Assembly (NCBI RefSeq): GCF_001457595.1
Contig: NZ_LN831039.1
Location: 2,670,001 to 2,702,000, forward strand
DNA length: 32,000 nucleotides
Reading direction: 5' to 3'
Origin: Mycolicibacterium smegmatis
GTDB lineage: Bacteria; Actinomycetota; Actinomycetes; Mycobacteriales; Mycobacteriaceae
In this document: positions 26,103-32,000 of the stretch, in pieces
How positions within the stretch are numbered: position 1 is the first letter of the stretch
Layout of the letters: each line of letters begins with the position of its first letter
Made by a program: the position numbers and the translations under genes
The notes under the pieces: generated by a model
What the model saw: the letters and a program-made list of their open reading frames with translations, nothing else
The model's database searches: none
What the model was told of the DNA's origin: nothing

Positions 26103-26993
26103 GTGGGACAGGTCTTGGACATCGCGCCACTGCGCAGTCTGGTCGCCGTCGCCGACTGTGGTGGATTTCACCGCGCGGCGGCGGTTCTGCACCTGACCCA
26201 GTCCGCGGTCAGCCAACACGTGCGTCGTCTCGAGGGTGTCGTCGGCGGCCCGATCGTCCAGCGGTCCGGGCGCGGCATGGCCTTCACCGAACACGGCCAC
26301 CGCGTCGTCACACACGCCCGTCGGATCCTCGCCGCGCACGACGCGGCGCTCGCCGACCTCGGGGCGGCGGAGGAGAAGACTCTGCTGATCGGGGCCACCG
26401 AACACGGTGCCGACTTCATGCTGCCCGGATTGACCGATGCGCTCGGCGAATGCCTGCCGGACTGGCGCGTGCGGTTCCGGTTGGACCGCAACGTCGCACT
26501 GGCCGACGCGATCGAACACGGCACCGTGGATGTCGCCGTGATGCTCGACGGCTCGGGATGGGACCGCGTCAACGCGTCGGGAATGGTCGCGCTGAAATGG
26601 ATCTCGGCACGCACCTTCACGCCCGATGGTCCGCTTCCTGTGGTGGTGTACGCCGAGCCCTGCACGCTGCGCGAGCCGGCCTTCGCGGCGCTGGAGAAAC
26701 TCGACATCGACTACCGGATCGTCGTCGAATGCGCGGACCTGTCCGGCCTGGTGGCCGCGGTGCGCTCGGGGCTCGGCGTCGCGCTGCTGCCGATGATCGG
26801 CCGACTGCCCGACGGCCTCGTGGTCGCCGACGACATGCCCGAGGCCAACCGCGCATCGGTGTTCGTCCGCGGCCGCGCGGGCGTCGACCCCGACCTGCTG
26901 GCAACCGTCGACACGGCGGTGCGCGAACTTCTCAACGACGACCGCCCGTCCGGGACAATGGTCGCGAAGACATCAGTGAAGGTATCGGCATGA
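26103..26993 (+). CDS. LysR-family transcriptional regulator
   Basis: It has the N-terminal [38 protein letters not shown] and a LysR substrate-binding-type C-terminal domain. The start is uncertain: GTG at 26103, TTG at 26067 or TTG at 26115. Confidence 0.8.
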   Translation: MGQVLDIAPLRSLVAVADCGGFHRAAAVLHLTQSAVSQHVRRLEGVVGGPIVQRSGRGMAFTEHGHRVVTHARRILAAHDAALADLGAAEEKTLLIGATEHGADFMLPGLTDALGECLPDWRVRFRLDRNVALADAIEHGTVDVAVMLDGSGWDRVNASGMVALKWISARTFTPDGPLPVVVYAEPCTLREPAFAALEKLDIDYRIVVECADLSGLVAAVRSGLGVALLPMIGRLPDGLVVADDMPEANRASVFVRGRAGVDPDLLATVDTAVRELLNDDRPSGTMVAKTSVKVSA

Positions 26994-28108
26994 AACAACA
27001 GCTCGTCTTCGAGGCACCGCGGCGGGCCATGCCGCCGCAACACCTCGCGGACCTCGACGAGACAGCACGCGCGGCCGCGGTCACCGAACTCGGGCTGCCG
27101 GCGTTCCGCGCCAAGCAGCTGGCCAACCAGTACTACGGCCGGCTCATCGCCGATCCCCAGCAGATGACCGACCTGCCCGCCGCCGTACGCGACCAGGTCG
27201 CCGAAAAACTGTTCCCCACGCTGATCAACCCGGTGCGCGAGATCCAGTGCGACGCAGGGGAGACCCGCAAAACCCTGTGGCGCGCGATCGACGGGTCGAC
27301 GTTCGAATCGGTGCTCATGCGCTACCCCCAGCGCAACACCGTGTGCATCTCGTCGCAGGCAGGCTGCGGCATGGCCTGCCCGTTCTGCGCGACCGGACAG
27401 GGTGGGCTGCAACGCAACCTGACCACCGCCGAGATCCTCGAGCAGGTACGCGCGGCGTCGTCGACCATGCGCGCAGAGCACTTCGGTCGGACTGCCGGCA
27501 CCGCCGGCGGTGGCCGGCTGTCCAACATCGTGTTCATGGGCATGGGCGAGCCATTGGCCAACTACAACCGCGTGCTCGGTGCCGTGCGACGCATCATCGC
27601 CGCGCCGCCCAACGGTTTCGGCATCAGCGCGCGCTCGGTCACGGTGTCCACGGTCGGGCTGGCCCCGGCGATCCGCAAGCTCGCCGACGAACGCCTCGGT
27701 GTCACGCTGGCGCTGTCTCTGCACGCACCCGACGACGAACTGCGCGACACGCTGGTACCGGTCAACAACCGGTGGAAGGTGAGCGAGGTGCTCGACGCGG
27801 CGCGCTACTACGCCGACACCACCGGCAGGCGCGTCTCGATCGAATACGCATTGATTCGCGATGTCAACGATCAGCCCTGGCGCGCAGACCTTCTCGGTAA
27901 GAAGCTGCACGGCGCGCTGGGGCCGCTCGCGCACGTCAACGTCATCCCGCTCAACCCCACACCCGGCAGCGAATGGGACGCCAGTCCCAAACCGGCCGAG
28001 CGTGAGTTCGTCAAGCGCGTGCGCGAACGCGGTGTCTCGTGCACGGTCCGCGACACCCGCGGTCGCGAGATCGCCGCGGCGTGCGGGCAATTGGCCGCCG
28101 AGGGCTGA
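26990..28108 (+). CDS. rlmN: 23S rRNA/tRNA (adenine-C2)-methyltransferase, radical SAM
   Basis: The CxxxCxxC cluster ([14 protein letters not shown]), GMGEPLANY and the C-terminal AACGQL are present. The sequence is close to what I recall of mycobacterial Rv2880c. The ATG at 26990 overlaps the lysR stop (ATGA). Confidence 0.93.
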   Translation: MKQQLVFEAPRRAMPPQHLADLDETARAAAVTELGLPAFRAKQLANQYYGRLIADPQQMTDLPAAVRDQVAEKLFPTLINPVREIQCDAGETRKTLWRAIDGSTFESVLMRYPQRNTVCISSQAGCGMACPFCATGQGGLQRNLTTAEILEQVRAASSTMRAEHFGRTAGTAGGGRLSNIVFMGMGEPLANYNRVLGAVRRIIAAPPNGFGISARSVTVSTVGLAPAIRKLADERLGVTLALSLHAPDDELRDTLVPVNNRWKVSEVLDAARYYADTTGRRVSIEYALIRDVNDQPWRADLLGKKLHGALGPLAHVNVIPLNPTPGSEWDASPKPAEREFVKRVRERGVSCTVRDTRGREIAAACGQLAAEG

Positions 28109-28190
28109 TCCTCTCCTGCGCGAACGTGGGCTTGTGGTCGAACTTTCGGCGCAATCACGCACACAAGGCGACGTTCGATGCCGGGCCTGC

Positions 28191-28910
28191 TCAGGCGTCG
28201 GCGATCGAACGCTCGCGGACCGCTTCGATGTGGGCACGCATCGCGTCCGCGGCAGCCTGTGGGTCACCGGTTTCGACAGCGGCCAGCACGCGGCCGTGTT
28301 CGGCGACCGCCAACTCGGTGTCCACGGGCCCGCGGTGCACATTCTGTCGCATGCGTTGCACCGAGGCGCCCAGGCTTCCGACCATCCGGCGCAGGAATCC
28401 GTTGCCGCAGTGGTCGAGGATCGTCTGATGAAAACGCCAATCGGCTTCGAAATACGGCTTCAACGGGACCGGTAGGCCGTTTCGATCGCGGGTCACCCCG
28501 TCCCACTCGCGCACTGCCCACGCGGCCTCCTCGTGCGCGCGGTGTGCAGCACGCAGGTCGGGGAGCAACTCGGGATCCCGGAGCCGGGTCGCCCAATGGG
28601 CGGCAGTCGTCTCGACGACGAGGCGGGCGTCGGCGAGTTCTGCGGCCTGCTGGGCGGTCATCGGTGGCGCCACCTGGTAGCCGCGATGGGCGACTCGGTG
28701 GACCAGCCCGGTCGCCTCGATCTCGACGAGGGCCTCTCGGACCGGAGTCTGTGAGACGCCGAGATCGCGCGAGAGTCGGTCGATGCTCACCGATGTCCCG
28801 GCGGCAAGTCGTCCGTCCATGAGCATCGCGAGCAGCGCGTCGCGCACTTCGTCCCGCATGGCTCGCCGCAGGCGAGGAATAGGCGGGCTCACAGGGACAT
28901 CCACGGTCAA
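28191..28910 (-). CDS. GntR-family transcriptional regulator (FCD subfamily)
   Basis: It has the wHTH SIDRLSRDLGVSQTPVREALVEIEATGLV and a helical C-terminal domain. The start is TTG at 28910 or GTG at 28904 (GAAAGGA upstream). Confidence 0.8.
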   Translation of the reverse strand: MTVDVPVSPPIPRLRRAMRDEVRDALLAMLMDGRLAAGTSVSIDRLSRDLGVSQTPVREALVEIEATGLVHRVAHRGYQVAPPMTAQQAAELADARLVVETTAAHWATRLRDPELLPDLRAAHRAHEEAAWAVREWDGVTRDRNGLPVPLKPYFEADWRFHQTILDHCGNGFLRRMVGSLGASVQRMRQNVHRGPVDTELAVAEHGRVLAAVETGDPQAAADAMRAHIEAVRERSIADA

Positions 28911-28966
28911 ATCCTTTCATGTGACGCCGGGATGCTGCGATCCCGCCGTTTCGCCCTCGGCGGTGG

Positions 28967-29974
28967 TCAGGCGTCGAGCAAGGCCTGCGCGGTGATCTCA
29001 TCGAGCACCAGGTCGGTCGCGGCGCCGGCGCGCAATGCCCCCAGCACGGCTGCCGTTTTCGCCGGACCGCTTGCGACCAGGATCCGCGTCCGTACACCGC
29101 GCAGCTCGGACAGCGGCATGCCCGTGCTGCGCCGGTTGATCGCAATGCCGTCCGAGGTGCCGTCGGCGCGTAGGAAAACGGTGCCGATGTGTCCCACGAT
29201 CCCGTCCCGTCTCAGCTCCTGGAGATCGACCGCATCGAGGTAGCCCGACCGGTACAGATGGTCGGGAACGTCGTTGTCCAACGCGCCGACCGAGAACAGC
29301 GCCACATCAGCGTTTCGACGGATCCCGAGCACGCGCTGAATGGAGCGCTCGTGCCACATGGCCTCACGAGTTGTCGCGGAGTCGAAGAATGCCGGCGCCG
29401 GAAAGTGGTGTGCCGAGGCGGAAAACGCGCGGGCGAATCTGTCGAGGAGTTGGCCGGCATTGAGGATGTTCGACGCGGACGCGTTGGCCGAACCGTTCAG
29501 CTGAACAACCCGTGCCCCGCGGGTGGGGCTGAAGATCAGGTGCCGGGATACCGCTTCGACCGTGGCGCCCCAACCAACGGCGATCGTCATGTTGGTGCCG
29601 ACCACAGCGGCGAGCCGGCGTGCCGCGAACTCGGCGACCACCTCGAGCCGAGCCGCGAACTCAGCGGCATCCACGCTGTCAGCGATCAACGTGCGAACGC
29701 CGAGACGCTGGTTGAGCTGGGTCGCCAGGTGTGAGGAGCGGTCCGGCGTGCGATGCAGGACGAACTCGACGACGCCGTGCTGACGGGCCCGGGCGAGCAT
29801 TCGAGAAACGGTCGAGCGGGAAAGGTGCATGCGCTTGCCGACGTCTTCGACCTTCAGCCCCTGTACGTAGTAGAGCTCTGCGGCGTCGGCAACGCGGCGC
29901 CGCTCCTCATCCGTGAGATCTCCGGCGTCTGTTGCATCGCCATGAGCAGCCGAATCAACCGCATCCACCGTCAT
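28967..29974 (-). CDS. SorC/DeoR-type sugar-binding transcriptional regulator
   Basis: AELYYVQGLKVEDVGKRMHLSRSTVSRMLARARQHGVVEF is the SorC-family HTH, followed by a sugar-phosphate-binding-like domain. The ATG at 29974 is preceded by AGGTGG. Confidence 0.85.
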   Translation of the reverse strand: MTVDAVDSAAHGDATDAGDLTDEERRRVADAAELYYVQGLKVEDVGKRMHLSRSTVSRMLARARQHGVVEFVLHRTPDRSSHLATQLNQRLGVRTLIADSVDAAEFAARLEVVAEFAARRLAAVVGTNMTIAVGWGATVEAVSRHLIFSPTRGARVVQLNGSANASASNILNAGQLLDRFARAFSASAHHFPAPAFFDSATTREAMWHERSIQRVLGIRRNADVALFSVGALDNDVPDHLYRSGYLDAVDLQELRRDGIVGHIGTVFLRADGTSDGIAINRRSTGMPLSELRGVRTRILVASGPAKTAAVLGALRAGAATDLVLDEITAQALLDA

Positions 29975-30114
29975 CGGGTGCCACCTCACTTCCGTGTGCG
30001 GGCGTCTGTGCCGCCTGGCTGTGAATCATATTCCCGCCTTCCAGCCGAAAACCTGCAGATTCTGAGGGCAGATCGGGAAAACGTAGGCACTTTCTGCCAT
30101 TGACGCTGCCATCA

Positions 30115-30135
30115 CCTATACCTATATCCTATAGG
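30115..30135. repeat. Triple CCTATA repeat ending in the palindrome CCTATAGG (candidate operator/promoter element)
   Basis: Read directly: CCTATA at 30115-30120, 30121-30126 and 30128-30133, with CCTATAGG at 30128-30135. This is an AT-rich island in a GC-rich genome. TTGACG lies at 30100-30105. Confidence 0.5.
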
Positions 30136-30275
30136 AACTGGTGTTATCCAGATCACTTCGGAGAAGTATTGTCAGCTGCGCCAAAGTCGGCGACCGGTTT
30201 GCCCCGGTGATGGTGGTTCAACCGCTCGTCCACCTGCCGACCGCTACCTCGACCCGCCCACGTCACCGAAAGAAG

Positions 30276-31058
30276 ATGCACATGACAGCTCTGCACGCGT
30301 TTCCACCGCAGCGGACCGCAGTGGTCACCGGCGCCGGCTCGGCACGCGGGATCGGGCGCGCGACAGTTCAGCGCCTCGCCCGGGCCGGGTGGCACGTCGC
30401 GGCCCTCGACGTCGACGAGGCGGCCGTCGCCGAATTCGCGCGAGAGGTCGACAAGGATTCGCGCACCACGGTTTTCGGTTACGGCGTCGACGTCGTGGAC
30501 GCCGAATCGGTCGATCGCGCATTCACCGCGATCGAGGCCGAACTCCCGCCGGTCGTCGGACTGGCGCACGCGGCAGGTGTCGCCTCACCCGTTCCGTTCC
30601 TGGAACTGACGCTCGCCGAATGGAACCGGGTGCTCGACATCAACAGCACCGGCACCTTCATCGTCAATCAGCGTGCGGTGCGCGGCATGGTGCAGCGCGG
30701 CGTCGGGCGTGTGGTCAACCTGTCGTCTGCATCGGCCCAACTGGGCGGCGGTACCTACAGCAAGGTGCCGTACTCGGCATCGAAAGCTTCCGTCATCGGC
30801 CTCAGTCGAGCCGTTGCACGCGAGGTCGGCAAGTTCGGGGTCACCGTCAACGTGGTGAGTCCCGGTCCCATCGACACCGACATCATGGGTGGCACTCTCA
30901 CCGAGGAGCGCAAGGCCGAGATGGTCGAGGGCCTGCTAGTCGATCGGGTCGGCCGAACCGAGGACATCGCCGCAACCATCGAGTTCCTGCTGTCCGAGGA
31001 CGCCGGCTTCATCACCGCGGCTGTCTACAACGTCAACGGTGGCCTGGTCGTCAATTGA
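30276..31058 (+). CDS. Short-chain dehydrogenase/reductase (SDR)
   Basis: VTGAGSARGIGRAT and YSASKASV (YxxxK) are present, with the C-terminus typical of FabG-like SDRs. The start is the ATG at 30276 or 30282. Confidence 0.85.
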   Translation: MHMTALHAFPPQRTAVVTGAGSARGIGRATVQRLARAGWHVAALDVDEAAVAEFAREVDKDSRTTVFGYGVDVVDAESVDRAFTAIEAELPPVVGLAHAAGVASPVPFLELTLAEWNRVLDINSTGTFIVNQRAVRGMVQRGVGRVVNLSSASAQLGGGTYSKVPYSASKASVIGLSRAVAREVGKFGVTVNVVSPGPIDTDIMGGTLTEERKAEMVEGLLVDRVGRTEDIAATIEFLLSEDAGFITAAVYNVNGGLVVN

Positions 31059-31102
31059 GTTCGGCCCCAGTACGAATCCCCGCTCACGCACAAAGGAGTG
31101 CC

Positions 31103-32000
31103 ATGGATCTGAAGTCCGACTCGCCGCGCCAGGCTCGTCGTCAGCGTGACGCCAAGAAGGTGAAGAACCTGCGTTACTGGATTCTCGGTTGGTTGCTGCT
31201 GGCCGGGATCCTCAACTACATGGACCGCTCGTCGGTCTCCATCGCCGCTCCGCACATGATCGCCGAACTCGGGCTGACCAAGACCGACATCGGGCTCATG
31301 GGTGCGGTGTTCTCGTGGACCTACGCGTTGTGTCAGCTGCCCGCCGGCTATCTGATCGACAAACTTGGTGCTCGCAGAATGTATTTCGCGGCGGTCGGTA
31401 TCTGGTCGGTCGCGACCGCGCTGATGTCCGTCGGGCAGACCATGGCGCACTTCCTCACCTTCCGCTTCCTCCTGGGCGTCGGCGAATCGCCCAACTCACC
31501 GAACTCCAGCAAGATCACCACGGAATGGTTCCCCCGCGAGGAACGTGGCCAGGCCGCGGGCATCTGGGACTCCGGGTCGAAGTGGGGTTCGGCGATCGCT
31601 CCTCCGGTTCTCACCGTGTTGTCGCTGGCATTCGGGTGGCGCGCGATGTTCCTCATCATCGGCTTGGCGGGTCTGGTTCTGGCACTGGCCTTCTGGGCCT
31701 ACTATCGTGCCCCTGAGTCGTCCAGGCGCCTGTCGGAGGAGGAGTACCGGTACATCGTCGCCGGCCGTGACGACACCACGCAGCCGAAGGCCCACCTGCC
31801 CTGGGGCAAGTTCTTCACCTATCCGCAGACGTGGGGCATGATGCTCGGCTTCTTCAGTTCGATCTGGATCTGGAACATCTTCATCACGTTCCTGCCGCTG
31901 TTCCTCCAGGACACCCTGGATGTCTCGATCGCGCAGACCGGCTGGGTCGCCGCGATCCCGTATCTGGCCTCGGCGATCACCGGGATCTACGCAGGCCGGC
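31103..32000 (+). CDS. MFS transporter, ACS family (sugar-acid transporter-like), 3' end outside the window
   Basis: It is absent from the ORF track because there is no stop in the window. My own translation from the ATG at 31103 (AAAGGAG upstream) gives MDLKSDSPRQ...LNYMDRSSVSIAAPHMIAELGLTKTDIGLMGAVFSWTYALCQLPAGYLIDKLGARR...FRFLLGVGESP..., and the frame stays open to position 32000. It resembles GudP/DgoT/ExuT-type transporters. Confidence 0.85.
   Translation, partial: MDLKSDSPRQARRQRDAKKVKNLRYWILGWLLLAGILNYMDRSSVSIAAPHMIAELGLTKTDIGLMGAVFSWTYALCQLPAGYLIDKLGARRMYFAAVGIWSVATALMSVGQTMAHFLTFRFLLGVGESPNSPNSSKITTEWFPREERGQAAGIWDSGSKWGSAIAPPVLTVLSLAFGWRAMFLIIGLAGLVLALAFWAYYRAPESSRRLSEEEYRYIVAGRDDTTQPKAHLPWGKFFTYPQTWGMMLGFFSSIWIWNIFITFLPLFLQDTLDVSIAQTGWVAAIPYLASAITGIYAGR

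Noticed and set aside
26711-28342. 543-aa minus-strand ORF over rlmN
   Set aside because: It is antisense to a clearly conserved radical SAM gene, has a biased Arg/Gly/Ala composition and shows no motifs. It is a high-GC artefact.

Overview
High-GC actinobacterial chromosome segment of Mycobacterium/Mycolicibacterium type; protein sequences and gene order look like a fast-growing relative of M. smegmatis, but I cannot run a search to confirm. The backbone is the conserved housekeeping run xerC ... rpsB-tsf-amidase ... pyrH-frr-cdsA ... rlmN, which as I recall matches the M. tuberculosis Rv2894c-Rv2880c region. Accessory blocks interrupt it. (1) 6.3-12.5 kb: an FtsX/FtsX/ATPase ABC system with one permease lacking its extracytoplasmic domain, followed by an APC-family permease and a topaquinone copper amine oxidase. 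(2) 12.9-21.6 kb: two divergent operons around a GntR regulator. One arm is GntR, a CMD-family protein, a 2-hydroxyacid dehydrogenase and glycerate kinase. The other arm is a divergent type II dehydroquinase-like protein, an SCP2-like protein, an alpha/beta hydrolase, two SDRs and a TtuB-like MFS transporter. No known pathway fits this combination, so it is my best candidate for an undescribed (metabolic) system. (3) A MarR/methyltransferase divergent pair. (4) An EamA-LysR insertion between cdsA and rlmN. (5) A GntR + SorC + SDR + MFS sugar-acid-type locus at the right edge. I saw no rRNA, tRNA, CRISPR array, IS element/transposase, prophage genes or recognisable defence genes. Many long ORFs in the track are antisense or out-of-frame high-GC artefacts. 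Gene starts were chosen by conserved N-termini, Shine-Dalgarno (SD) sequences and 4-nt start/stop overlaps, and they are less certain than stops.
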